Shown: positions 48,297 to 57,878 of the stretch, in pieces | Layout: every line of letters starts with the position of its first letter | Position numbering within the stretch: the first letter of the stretch is position 1 | From: Acidobacteriota bacterium | GTDB lineage: Bacteria; Acidobacteriota; UBA6911; RPQK01; JADFOI01 | Direction of reading: 5' to 3' | DNA: 64,000 nucleotides | NCBI GenBank assembly: GCA_965218935.1 | Contig: CBDCMH010000008.1 | Location: forward strand, 117,229-181,228 | Translations under genes and position numbers: made by a program | The notes under the pieces: generated by a model | What the model saw: the letters and a program-made list of their open reading frames with translations, nothing else | The model's database searches: none | Told to the model about the DNA's origin: nothing

Positions 48297-49556
48297 GTGA
48301 GTGACTTCCACCAGGCAGGGTTGATCAGTACCCTTCATCGACTGGGAAACGTTGATCTGGAAGGCCTGGAGAAAGAGCTTCTAAAACACGCCAAGAGGCG
48401 CCCCATCGCGCTGGTGCTCCCTTGTTTATATTCCGAACTTGAAGGTGATGCAGTTCCCGTCATCGTGGAAGAGCTCAAGAAGGTGGAATATATCGATCAG
48501 ATCGTACTGAGCATGGATCGGATGGATCTGAATGAGTTCAAATCCGCCGCCTCCTTCTTCTCAAAACTTCCGCAGCGTTTGCGAATTCTCTGGCACGATG
48601 GGCCCCAGTTGCAACGGTTGATTCAGGAACTGGATGACAACGAATTGTCGATCGGTGACACGGGAAAAGGACGGGGCAGTTGGCTGGCCTTTGGATATGT
48701 CCTGGCCACACAAAGGGCAGCGGTTATCGCCCTGCATGACTGCGACATCGTTTCCTACAACCGGGAGCTGCTGGCAAGGCTTTGCTACCCCATTGCCAAC
48801 AAGAGTCTGGGATATGAATTTTGCAAGGGATACTATGCACGCTATGGGAGGCGTCTTTATGGACGGGTGACGCGCCTCTTTGTCACGCCGCTTCTGGAAG
48901 CCCTGACACGGTTAACCGGGCATGTCCAGCTTTTGGACTATCTGGAGAGTTTCCGCTATCCACTGGCGGGAGAATTCGCGATTACGACGGGTCTGGCGCG
49001 AACTAATCGCATTCCAGGGGACTGGGGTTTAGAGATTAGCACCCTTTGTGAAGTGTATCGGAACTGCTCCCTCAAGCGGATTTGCCAGGTGGATCTGGTT
49101 GAAAATTACCAGCACAAGCATCAGGAGCTCTCCCCTCAGGATCCCGCCAGGGGACTGATGAAAATGGCCGTAGACATTGCCGATACGCTCTTTAGAACTC
49201 TAGCCACCGAGGGGGTGATCATGAGCGAGGCTTTCTTTCGAACTCTCTCAACGGCCTATCAGCGCTCAGCTGAGGACGTGATTCGGCGTTACAACGACGA
49301 TGCCGCCATCAATGGATTGGAATTGGATCGTCACTCTGAGAATCTGGCCGTGGAGACTTTTCGAAATGCTCTCGAGGTCGCCTGCGACAATTTCGTAGAG
49401 GACCCTCATGGATCTCTTCTGATCCCCAACTGGAACCGCGTTACTTCCGCGCTGCCTGACTTTCTCGATCGGCTCTACGAAGCCGTTGAGGAGGATCACC
49501 GGATGGTCATGCTGGAGGGAAGCCTGACCACAGCCGGAAGATCGGCTGAAATCTGA
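48297..49556 (+). CDS. gpgS: Glucosyl-3-phosphoglycerate-synthase-like glycosyltransferase
   Basis: DFHQAG.ISTLH, GKG, HDCD, GRVTRLF, YPLAGE, DWGLE, HKHQ. Confidence 0.75.
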   Translation: MSDFHQAGLISTLHRLGNVDLEGLEKELLKHAKRRPIALVLPCLYSELEGDAVPVIVEELKKVEYIDQIVLSMDRMDLNEFKSAASFFSKLPQRLRILWHDGPQLQRLIQELDDNELSIGDTGKGRGSWLAFGYVLATQRAAVIALHDCDIVSYNRELLARLCYPIANKSLGYEFCKGYYARYGRRLYGRVTRLFVTPLLEALTRLTGHVQLLDYLESFRYPLAGEFAITTGLARTNRIPGDWGLEISTLCEVYRNCSLKRICQVDLVENYQHKHQELSPQDPARGLMKMAVDIADTLFRTLATEGVIMSEAFFRTLSTAYQRSAEDVIRRYNDDAAINGLELDRHSENLAVETFRNALEVACDNFVEDPHGSLLIPNWNRVTSALPDFLDRLYEAVEEDHRMVMLEGSLTTAGRSAEI

Positions 49557-49602
49557 AATTCAAAATCGCCGGCCGGAAATCCCAAATCCCAAATCGCGAA
49601 AT
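49546..49602. repeat. Degenerate 7-bp-period repeat
   Basis: ctgaaat ctgaaat tcaaaat cgccggc cggaaat cccaaat cccaaat. Confidence 0.75.
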
Positions 49603-49659
49603 TTGGAATCAGTCCTGTCTCTTGTCTTTCTATTTTCTATTCTCTGTGGGCGAAGCGCT

Positions 49660-50781
49660 CTAGTGCAGCTTTAGTTGAATCGGATCACCCTTCTTGAGGA
49701 TCTGGGGAAAGCGCCTCAGGATCCCAACCCGAGCGAATCCTGCAGTCACTCCAAGAACGAGGGATAGAGAAGCAAAAACGCCAATGATAATAAAGGTTTC
49801 TCTCAAAAACCCTAGAAACGACGTTATAGCTGTTCTGGTGATTTCCGCCGGTTCCGGATCCTTCTGGTAGAGCCATTTAATGGTAGGCAGGTAGTGGATC
49901 TTGGCCAGGACTTCCCGCGCCATGGCCTCCGGACCGAAGAAGATGGAGACGATAGGCCCCGTCCGCTTCATGTACACTCCCTCGATCGAAAAGTAGCCCT
50001 GCAGGGCTTTTTGCAACCTCACAAAGTGGTCAGCTGCCAAAGAGGCGGTAGGATATCCCACCAGGAACAGTTCGGGGCCATGTTCGGTGTATCGAGCCAG
50101 TGTCACTTCAATCTGTTTGTCGAAGCCGATTTCCGCAGCCAGGGCTTCTGGAAAATCATCGTTCAAGGCAAAGGAGGATTCTCCAAGGTAGAAGCGAATG
50201 GACTCGCGGATGAGTCCTTCTTTGGGTAGGTGAATGACGGTAACCGGATGGAGGTTGAGCAGGGGCATGGCTTCAATGAGGCCCTGGGCCGGGTCAAAAA
50301 GAGAGGGGTTGGGGCTCGTCCTTGGATTTGGCTCACTTAAGTGAAAGAAGTAATTTCCCCGCCAGAAAATGAGGCCATGGACGCTCGAGTAATTGTCTAC
50401 AGAAAGGGTTAATCGTTCCTGAGGAGCTTCTTCCAACAGGCTGGGCCAAATGGAAAACATGCCGAAAGCCCCAAGGGTATCCTTCATCTCGTAGATCTCG
50501 AGCTCCAGGGGCGGTGACTGGGGAGCAGCCTCGGGTCGGACACTCCAACGGGAGTAAGAGAGCAGGATGTATTCGTCGAGAATGATGGAACTGAAGGGCC
50601 CGATTGCAACCTGTTTCTCTGTGGCTGAAATCTCAGTGAGTTTTTCAAATCGAAAGTCGTCTACCTGGGGGAAATACTGATCAACAGTGGTTTGTGCGAG
50701 TGTGTCCGAGGGAATCGAAAGTATGAAAAGAAGAATTGGAAAAAGACTTCTGCAGAGGTGCAATACCCAAATGAACGACAT
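49660..50781 (-). CDS. Exported/membrane-anchored hypothetical protein
   Basis: Signal peptide, EIYEM...GAFGMFS, C-terminal TM. Confidence 0.75.
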   Translation of the reverse strand: MSFIWVLHLCRSLFPILLFILSIPSDTLAQTTVDQYFPQVDDFRFEKLTEISATEKQVAIGPFSSIILDEYILLSYSRWSVRPEAAPQSPPLELEIYEMKDTLGAFGMFSIWPSLLEEAPQERLTLSVDNYSSVHGLIFWRGNYFFHLSEPNPRTSPNPSLFDPAQGLIEAMPLLNLHPVTVIHLPKEGLIRESIRFYLGESSFALNDDFPEALAAEIGFDKQIEVTLARYTEHGPELFLVGYPTASLAADHFVRLQKALQGYFSIEGVYMKRTGPIVSIFFGPEAMAREVLAKIHYLPTIKWLYQKDPEPAEITRTAITSFLGFLRETFIIIGVFASLSLVLGVTAGFARVGILRRFPQILKKGDPIQLKLH

Positions 50782-50896
50782 CGCATGGGTATTATATGAT
50801 GAGATGCTTAGCCCGGACTATGCGTAAATTCTCTACTCAAGGTAGTCAGGTCGGCGTTGTCGCAGCTTCGTGACGAGAACCTACGCACAATCCGGG

Positions 50897-52567
50897 CTAG
50901 TCGCGCGGGATACTATTGATGTTTGCGGTGCTCTGGGAAGGAATCGTGCCCAGGGAATGAAAATATTTTTCGATGCCTTTATAGAGAGCTTCCGCGACCT
51001 GATCCTGCCCTTCTTTCTCTGTGAAGTACTTTTCTTCGGTGGGATTACTGATGAAGCCAACCTCGGTCAAGATGCCCGGCATGTTCAAATTGATGAGAAC
51101 GATAAAGGGGGCCTTCTTGACACCGCGGTTGCGAAGGATGGGGTGATGGTTTTTCACCTCTGAGTAGAGACTCTGCTGGATGATTTGAGCCAGGTCTTTG
51201 GACTCCTCATTGTAATCCCCCAGCGCAATTTGTCTGAGCAAGTCCTCAAGTTCCCGAATATTCCTCTGTGAACCGGCATTTTCACGACTGGCGACCTCGC
51301 GTTCCTCAGCATTCGATGTCAGGTTTAAAAAGAAGGTTTCCACCCCGGAAACTTTGCGAATCCTGCTGGAGTTGGCGTGGACCGAGATGAAGAGATCGGC
51401 ACCCAGTTGATTGGCAATGGCCGTCCGCTCTTCCAGAGGCACAAATTTATCCGTATCGCGGGTCAAGACCACATCCGTTCCCAGCCGCTCTTCTACAAGT
51501 ATTTTCAGACGCTTGGAAACGGACAAAACCAGGTCTTTCTCCTTGAGGCCGGAGGACCCGATGCTGCCCGTATCGCCCCCTCCATGGCCGGGGTCGATCA
51601 CCACCCGGCCCACCTTTAAACCCAGGACCCGAGTGAGGCTTCGATCACCGTCCAGATTGGAAGCAGGAACGGTCGGGGTTTCACTGACCCGGACCGTCGT
51701 GTCGGTGCCTGTTGCCAGAGAGAGCACGGCCTCTTCAGTGTTGACGGTTCGCTCAGCCACCTGGGGCGTATCCGGTGAGCGTCGTCCCCCCAACGTATCA
51801 ATGACGATACGGAAAGGATCGTACAGTGCGAAAACAGTGTGTTTATTGATCTCTGCGAAATCGAGAACCAGGCGAACCATATCGGGCCTGTTTTGGGCAA
51901 CGCGAACCTGCTTGATGAAGACATCATCGATCGGATAGGTCTTGCCATTGAGAGCCGACCTCAGGCGTGTGTCCTGCAAGTCGAAATAAATGCGATCGGG
52001 GTTGGAAAGAATGTGCTTTCGAAATTCGATTTCCCGGTCCAGCTGAACGACCACGCGTGTGTAGTCTTCATTGGACCAGTAACGGATCTCAGAGACGTTA
52101 GCCAGACCGGCTCCCTGACTTTTCTGCGCCCGTGGGGAATCAGGTGGAGCCTCAGGGGCAACCTTCTCCTGCTGTAGCAGTCTGGCCCGCTCCAGCGCCG
52201 CCTTCTTATGCTTGGTTGAGGGGTACTGATCCGCTACAAACTCGTAATAGTAAATAGCACGGTCGCGGTAGGGATCATTTGTGAAAAGTTTCGCCATCTC
52301 CTGGTACAGCGTTGCCATGGCGAAGATTGAGTCATCACAGGCACTATAGGTGGGATCGTGGTCGATGACCGTACGATAAAGAAAAATGGCGCGGCTGTAC
52401 TTGTTTTGCAGATTCCGATCGAATTCCGGAGTCTGGAGGAGTTGGTCGTGGTATTGCCGGGCCTTTTTATAGGCTTCGCGCGCTGCCGGCCGATCGCGCC
52501 CGTAGACGGACGAGGAGATTGCCAAGATCAGGAAAAGTCCTACACTGAGCGCCCGATATCCACGCAT
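50897..52567 (-). CDS. N-acetylmuramoyl-L-alanine amidase with TPR-like and AMIN domains
   Basis: VVIDPGHGG, SVHANS, LTEVGFISN; AMIN-like RYWS..YTRVVV. Confidence 0.92.
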   Translation of the reverse strand: MRGYRALSVGLFLILAISSSVYGRDRPAAREAYKKARQYHDQLLQTPEFDRNLQNKYSRAIFLYRTVIDHDPTYSACDDSIFAMATLYQEMAKLFTNDPYRDRAIYYYEFVADQYPSTKHKKAALERARLLQQEKVAPEAPPDSPRAQKSQGAGLANVSEIRYWSNEDYTRVVVQLDREIEFRKHILSNPDRIYFDLQDTRLRSALNGKTYPIDDVFIKQVRVAQNRPDMVRLVLDFAEINKHTVFALYDPFRIVIDTLGGRRSPDTPQVAERTVNTEEAVLSLATGTDTTVRVSETPTVPASNLDGDRSLTRVLGLKVGRVVIDPGHGGGDTGSIGSSGLKEKDLVLSVSKRLKILVEERLGTDVVLTRDTDKFVPLEERTAIANQLGADLFISVHANSSRIRKVSGVETFFLNLTSNAEEREVASRENAGSQRNIRELEDLLRQIALGDYNEESKDLAQIIQQSLYSEVKNHHPILRNRGVKKAPFIVLINLNMPGILTEVGFISNPTEEKYFTEKEGQDQVAEALYKGIEKYFHSLGTIPSQSTANINSIPRD

Positions 52568-52874
52568 CGGCTTCTCGAAAGACTGTTTTGGCGGTGCTAG
52601 CCGCCATTTCTCACAGGCAAGTTGCTACTGAGGCGGATTGGGCTACACCTATGGTCTCCCGCACGCGTGTGCCTGCCCCTACAGCCCTCTCACTGCCTAA
52701 CAGGGCTTAGACGTAAGAAATATACCGCCTCAAGTATAGAACAGATGGGTGTCACTGAGGGCGAAAAGAGAGCTCGGCCCGCTTTTTGCCCTCTCCAGGT
52801 TCCAAGTTTCAGATTTGTTTGGACTTTTTGAATTTAGGCTTTGGGATTTACGCTGACCAGGGTCAGCGGTCCCT

Positions 52875-53483
52875 CTACTCGGTATTCGTGAAGAGGACGC
52901 TTCCGTTGGGCAGGGTGACTCGTTTGAGTCGAAACTTGCCTCGTTGCCACTCAACGGGGGCCGGTGCCGCTGCTGAATTCAAGGCATGGTACAGAGTCGT
53001 GACTTTACGGATATATTTTTGAGTTTCCGGATAGGGAGGCACTCCGTGATAACGAACCACCGTTCTTTCCCCGGCGTTGTAGCCGGCGAGTACGTGCTCA
53101 AGGTTCCCTTGAAAATAACTCATCAGAAAGTTCAAATAACGGATTCCACCCCGGATGTTGTCGGCGGGGTCAAAAGCATCACGGACGCCAAATCGCTTGG
53201 CCGTAGCGGGGATCAACTGCATTAAGCCTTGGGCTCCCTTTTTGGAGACGGCAAACCTATCATAATTGCTTTCCACAGCCACGATCGCCTCCACGAGATT
53301 GGCATCCAAATTGTATTGAGGCGCCCATTCGTTGATCAGAGAGATGTAGCCGGTTCGGGGATCCGCTTTCGTGAAGACCTCCGGGCCGGCCTTATCCGCA
53401 GAAGAACCCATACTGTCCGCCCAAAGAGAGGTGCTTGAAAGGATGACCAGGAAGGTCACGAAAATGTTGCTTCTAAGATGCAT
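52875..53483 (-). CDS. Lytic transglycosylase (SLT)
   Basis: VESNYD, GAQGLMQL, AGYNAG, ETQKY. Confidence 0.92.
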   Translation of the reverse strand: MHLRSNIFVTFLVILSSTSLWADSMGSSADKAGPEVFTKADPRTGYISLINEWAPQYNLDANLVEAIVAVESNYDRFAVSKKGAQGLMQLIPATAKRFGVRDAFDPADNIRGGIRYLNFLMSYFQGNLEHVLAGYNAGERTVVRYHGVPPYPETQKYIRKVTTLYHALNSAAAPAPVEWQRGKFRLKRVTLPNGSVLFTNTE

Positions 53484-53507
53484 GCGTCCCGGAGATGATC
53501 AGTTTGG

Positions 53508-53701
53508 GCCCAGTTTCAGAGTTCAAGTCCCAACTACAGGTTACAAATTTAAGGTTCGACGTTGCAAGTCAGCGCGCGCGCAGCGCGCTACGCGCGCCGA
53601 AAGAAGACAGGAGACTTCTAAGTTTCGAATCTTGAATCTTGGGATTGTTTGGAATCTGGAGTTTTGAATTTCAGCCGGGCCACCGGCTGTGGTCTGTGGT
53701 C
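53508..53701. repeat. Mixed intergenic repeat tract: 7-bp-period units plus GC-rich palindrome
   Basis: ttcgaat cttgaat cttggga..., (tgtggtc)x2, gcgcgcg...cgcgcgc. Confidence 0.65.
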
Positions 53702-53704
53702 AGG

Positions 53705-56347
53705 CTAATCGAGAAACTCCTCCACCACCCGGTAGGTCTCCTCCAGGGCTTCACTCAAACGGGAAGGGTCTTTCCCACCAGCTTCCGCCATATCCGGCTT
53801 GCCGCCGCCCCCACCGTCCACTAGAGAAGCAATCTTGCCAATCAAGTCATGGGCATTAATTCTGTCGGTGAGATCGGAGGTCACCATAGCCACCAGACTC
53901 ACTTTACTGTTGGTATGAGTACCCAGGACCACGACTCCGGTCTTGAGGCGATTCTTGAGCTGGTCGGCCAGCTGGCGCAGGCGGTTGCGGTCCAGATTTT
54001 CAACTTTTTGAGAGAGGACCTGCACGCCCTTGACCTCCCGAACCTCTTCCAGGATGTTGCTGCTCTCCTTTTGAGCAAGCTTCAACTGCAGCTCCTCAAG
54101 CTCCTTGTTGGTTTCCTTGAGCTCTCGCATAATCTTTTGGAGGGCGTCTTCCAGTTCCGTGGGTGGAACCTTCAGATTTCCGGAAAGCTTACCCAGCAGA
54201 GCCTCGTTGTCGAAGAACCGGGAGAGAGCGCCTTCACCGGTCATCGCTTCCAGCCGGCGAACCCCGGCGGAAACACCGTTCTCGCTCATGATCTTAAAGA
54301 GAGCGATGTCTCCGGTTCGATGGACATGAGTCCCTCCACAGAGTTCCATGCTGAAGCCAGGGAGTGTGACGACTCGCACCTGCTTCTGGTACTTCTCGCC
54401 AAACAACGCCATAGCTCCTTCCTGGATGGCTTCATCCAGATCCCGAACCTGGGTTTGGACCTCGATATTTTCTCGAATCTTACTATTGACCAGCTCCTCG
54501 ATTTCGCGGATTTCCGAGCTGGTGAGCGGTCTGTAATGGGTGAAATCGAAGCGCAGTCGATCTGGAGCGACCAGCGACCCGGCCTGTTTAACATGCTCCC
54601 CCAGAACCTCGCGCAGGGCCGCCTGCAGAAGATGGGTAGCGGTATGGTTCCGGGCGGTATGGGTTCGCTCCACGAAGGAAACATTGCACAGGGCTGTCGC
54701 GTTCTTTTTTAACCGGCCACTGTCCACCTTGACCTTGTGGAGGTGCAGGTCACCGATAGGACTGTAAACGTTTCTTACTGAAGCGCGGGTGGTGTCATTT
54801 TGGAGTGTTCCTTTGTCGGCAACCTGGCCACCCGCCTCGGCGTAAAAAGGAGTTCGATCCAGAACAATCTCTCCTGTTTGGCCTTCGGCCAGCTCTTCCA
54901 CCAGCTGGTCACCCTCGAGGATGGCCAAAACCTGGCAGGGGACATCACGGGTCTCGGTATATCCGGTGAATTCCGTACTCAGTTCCTGATCGGAGAGTTC
55001 CTGATAGATGGGCTTTATCTTTTTCTGTGCACCTTTCCAGCTGACCCTGGCCCTTTCACGCTGTTTCTCCATTTCAGCGTAAAACCCTTTCTCATCCACT
55101 TCCAGCTCGCGTTCCGTAGCAATCTCCTGGGTCAGATCGAGGGGAAAGCCATAGGTGTCATAAAGACGAAAGAGCTCCTCGCCGGGGAGTACCCGCTGGC
55201 CCTTTTTTGAGATCCTTTCACAGATTTCGTCTAGAAGTTGCATCCCGTGATCAAGCGTGGCGCTGAATTTCTCCTCCTCATGCTTCACGATTGTGGCCGA
55301 GTACTCACGGGTCTCTGACAGTTCGGGGTAAGCATCCTTCATGAGGTCGCAGACCATGGCGGTGAGCGTATAGAGGAATGGATCGGTCGTTCCCAGCATC
55401 TTACCGTGACGCACGGCCCGCCTGAGAAGTTTTCTGAGAACATACCCCCTGCCTTCGTTTCCAGGCACGACTCCATTGTTGATCAGGAAGGCGCCAGCCC
55501 GGCTGTGGTCGGCCAGAATTCTCAAGCTGACATCCTTGTTCTCGTCCTCTCCATAGCTCGTGCCGGTCAGGCGGCAAGCCTCCAGAATGATGGGTTGAAA
55601 CAGGTCAGTATCATAGTTGCTCTGAACCCCTTGGAGTGCGCAGGCGATTCTCTCCAATCCCATTCCGGTATCGATTGAGGGGGAAGGAAGGGGTATCATT
55701 TTTCCTGAGGCATCTCTGTTGAACTGCATAAACACCAGGTTCCAGATCTCGACATATCGCCCGCACTCGCATTCCAGTGAGCAGTCGCTATGCCCGGCCG
55801 GACTGGTGCCCAGGTCATAGTGCAGTTCTGAACAGGGACCGCAGGGTCCGGTGTCCCCCATGGCCCAAAAGTTCTCTTCCTCACCCATTTTGAAGATACG
55901 CTCTTCAGGAATGCCCACCCGGTCTCTCCAAAGCGCTAGAGCCTCATCGTCTTCTCGGAAAACGGTGATGTAAAGACGCTCCGGAGGAAGCTTATAGATC
56001 TTTGTGCACAACTCCCAGGCGCAATCGATGGCTTCTTTCTTGAAATAATCGCCAAAAGAGAAGTTGCCCAACATCTCGAAGAAGGTATGGTGCCGACTGG
56101 TGCGGCCTACCGTCTCCAGATCATTATGTTTTCCGCTCACGCGCATGCATTTCTGACTGCTCGTAGCTCTTTTGTAGTCGCGCTTTTCAAGGCCCAGGAA
56201 AACATCCTTGAACTGGTTCATTCCCGCGTTGATGAAGAGCAGAGTAGGATCGTTCTCAGGAACCAGAGAGCTGCTTTTTACCCGCTTATGCCCGTGATCC
56301 TCAAAGTATTTCAAAAAGGTTTCACGGATTTCACTTGAAGTCTTCAT
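53705..56347 (-). CDS. alaS: Alanine-tRNA ligase
   Basis: DPTLLFINAGM, EIWNLVFMQ, NHTATH, ELCGGTH, GGGGKP. Confidence 0.98.
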   Translation of the reverse strand: MKTSSEIRETFLKYFEDHGHKRVKSSSLVPENDPTLLFINAGMNQFKDVFLGLEKRDYKRATSSQKCMRVSGKHNDLETVGRTSRHHTFFEMLGNFSFGDYFKKEAIDCAWELCTKIYKLPPERLYITVFREDDEALALWRDRVGIPEERIFKMGEEENFWAMGDTGPCGPCSELHYDLGTSPAGHSDCSLECECGRYVEIWNLVFMQFNRDASGKMIPLPSPSIDTGMGLERIACALQGVQSNYDTDLFQPIILEACRLTGTSYGEDENKDVSLRILADHSRAGAFLINNGVVPGNEGRGYVLRKLLRRAVRHGKMLGTTDPFLYTLTAMVCDLMKDAYPELSETREYSATIVKHEEEKFSATLDHGMQLLDEICERISKKGQRVLPGEELFRLYDTYGFPLDLTQEIATERELEVDEKGFYAEMEKQRERARVSWKGAQKKIKPIYQELSDQELSTEFTGYTETRDVPCQVLAILEGDQLVEELAEGQTGEIVLDRTPFYAEAGGQVADKGTLQNDTTRASVRNVYSPIGDLHLHKVKVDSGRLKKNATALCNVSFVERTHTARNHTATHLLQAALREVLGEHVKQAGSLVAPDRLRFDFTHYRPLTSSEIREIEELVNSKIRENIEVQTQVRDLDEAIQEGAMALFGEKYQKQVRVVTLPGFSMELCGGTHVHRTGDIALFKIMSENGVSAGVRRLEAMTGEGALSRFFDNEALLGKLSGNLKVPPTELEDALQKIMRELKETNKELEELQLKLAQKESSNILEEVREVKGVQVLSQKVENLDRNRLRQLADQLKNRLKTGVVVLGTHTNSKVSLVAMVTSDLTDRINAHDLIGKIASLVDGGGGGKPDMAEAGGKDPSRLSEALEETYRVVEEFLD

Positions 56348-56391
56348 TCGGATTTCTCAATTACCCCAGCCCGTATTATGCATAATCCGGG

Positions 56392-56868
56392 CTACGGCCA
56401 TTCGACCTGCTGAAAATAGGGCTCCAATTGTCCTCGAACCTGAGCAGGAGCATATCCCAGCCGAACACAATGATCATAGAGTTTCTTGAGCTGAGGGGCG
56501 ACTTCGGGTGTTCCCGCTTTCCCCACCCATAACTGGACTGCTTCTCGTAGGCTGTCTGCTGCTTTCTTCTCGTTGTTGACCTGCTCTAAAACACCCGGGA
56601 TCATTCTAGCATCGATACCCAGCCTCTTTAAATCTTGAGCGATTCTTCGATCTCCCCAAAGGCCGCGCTGGCGGCGATCCAGGGCGCGCTGCAATGCACA
56701 AGCCTGATCATTGATCAGACCCTTCTCTTCCAGTCGGTCCAAAGTCTCTTCAGCGGCCTGGGCAGGGCCACGGGCAAGAAGCTTTCGTCGAAGTTCGAAG
56801 CGAGTGTGATCTCTTCTGGCTAGCAGGCGTAAGGCACGTGCATAGAGATGGGAAGTTTCAGGTTCCAA
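56392..56868 (-). CDS. recX: Regulatory protein RecX
   Basis: ALRLLARRDHTRFELRRKL, G..RIAQDL..LG; adjacent to alaS. Confidence 0.85.
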   Translation of the reverse strand: MEPETSHLYARALRLLARRDHTRFELRRKLLARGPAQAAEETLDRLEEKGLINDQACALQRALDRRQRGLWGDRRIAQDLKRLGIDARMIPGVLEQVNNEKKAADSLREAVQLWVGKAGTPEVAPQLKKLYDHCVRLGYAPAQVRGQLEPYFQQVEWP

Positions 56869-56879
56869 GTTTCAAGATC

Positions 56880-57830
56880 TTATGAACTCTGAACGCGTTC
56901 TTCCTTATAGACCGGGGTCAACCAGGAATGTCGATCGTCTACCTTGCCCTCGATGTAATCGAAAAAGTCCTGTTGAATCTGGGTGGTGATGGGGCCTCGT
57001 TTTCCGTCACCGACCACGATATGATCGACAGAACGAATCGGTGTGACTTCAGCCGCTGTTCCGGTGAGGAAGATCTCATCCGCCAGATAGAGCATTTCTC
57101 GAGGCAGATGTTGCTCGAGGACCTCATAGCCTTGCTCTTCGGCCAGGGTGATGACGCTGTCACGTGTAATACCCGGGAGGATGGCGTTGCTCAGAGAGGG
57201 CGTATACAATGTTTCCTTGTGGACCAGGAAAATATTTTCCCCACTTCCCTCGCTGATGAAACCGTGCCCGTCCAGGGCCACGCCTTCGGCGAACCCACTC
57301 TTGACCGCCTCCATTTTGATCAGGATGCTGTTGATGTAGTTGCCCCCCACCTTGGCCATGCTGGGGAAGGTGTTGGGTGCAGCTCGATTCCAGCTGGAGA
57401 CACACACATCCACGCCCTGCTCGGCCGATTCCTCCCCGAGATAGCGTCCCCACTCCCACACCATAATGAAGCATTCAGTGGGAGCCTGAAGCGGATTGAG
57501 TCCCAGGCTTCCCGTGCCACAAAAAACGAGGGGGCGAATATAACAGTGTTCTAACTGGTTGGCGCGAATGGTTTCCAGAATCGCCTCTTGAAAGTCCTGG
57601 GAAGAGAAGGGAATTTCTCTGCGATAGATCTTGCAGGAATCAAACAGTCTATCTACATGCTCCCCAAGGCGGAACACTTCAGAGCCTCGAGAGGACTTAT
57701 AGCAGCGGATGCCCTCGAACCAGGAGGAGCCGTAATGAAGAGCGTGAGAGCTGACGTGAACGTTAGCTTGATCCCAATCGACAAACTGTTCGTTATGCCA
57801 AATTGTTCGAGACTTCGGAGCTGTCGTCAT
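56880..57830 (-). CDS. ilvE: Branched-chain amino acid aminotransferase
   Basis: LHYGSSWFEG, AKVGGNY, EGSGEN, LPGITR, GTAAEVTP. Confidence 0.95.
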   Translation of the reverse strand: MTTAPKSRTIWHNEQFVDWDQANVHVSSHALHYGSSWFEGIRCYKSSRGSEVFRLGEHVDRLFDSCKIYRREIPFSSQDFQEAILETIRANQLEHCYIRPLVFCGTGSLGLNPLQAPTECFIMVWEWGRYLGEESAEQGVDVCVSSWNRAAPNTFPSMAKVGGNYINSILIKMEAVKSGFAEGVALDGHGFISEGSGENIFLVHKETLYTPSLSNAILPGITRDSVITLAEEQGYEVLEQHLPREMLYLADEIFLTGTAAEVTPIRSVDHIVVGDGKRGPITTQIQQDFFDYIEGKVDDRHSWLTPVYKEERVQSS

Positions 57831-57878
57831 GAAGCAAAAGAATAGGAGGCTATGGGTTACAAGTCAATTTCTTAGAAC

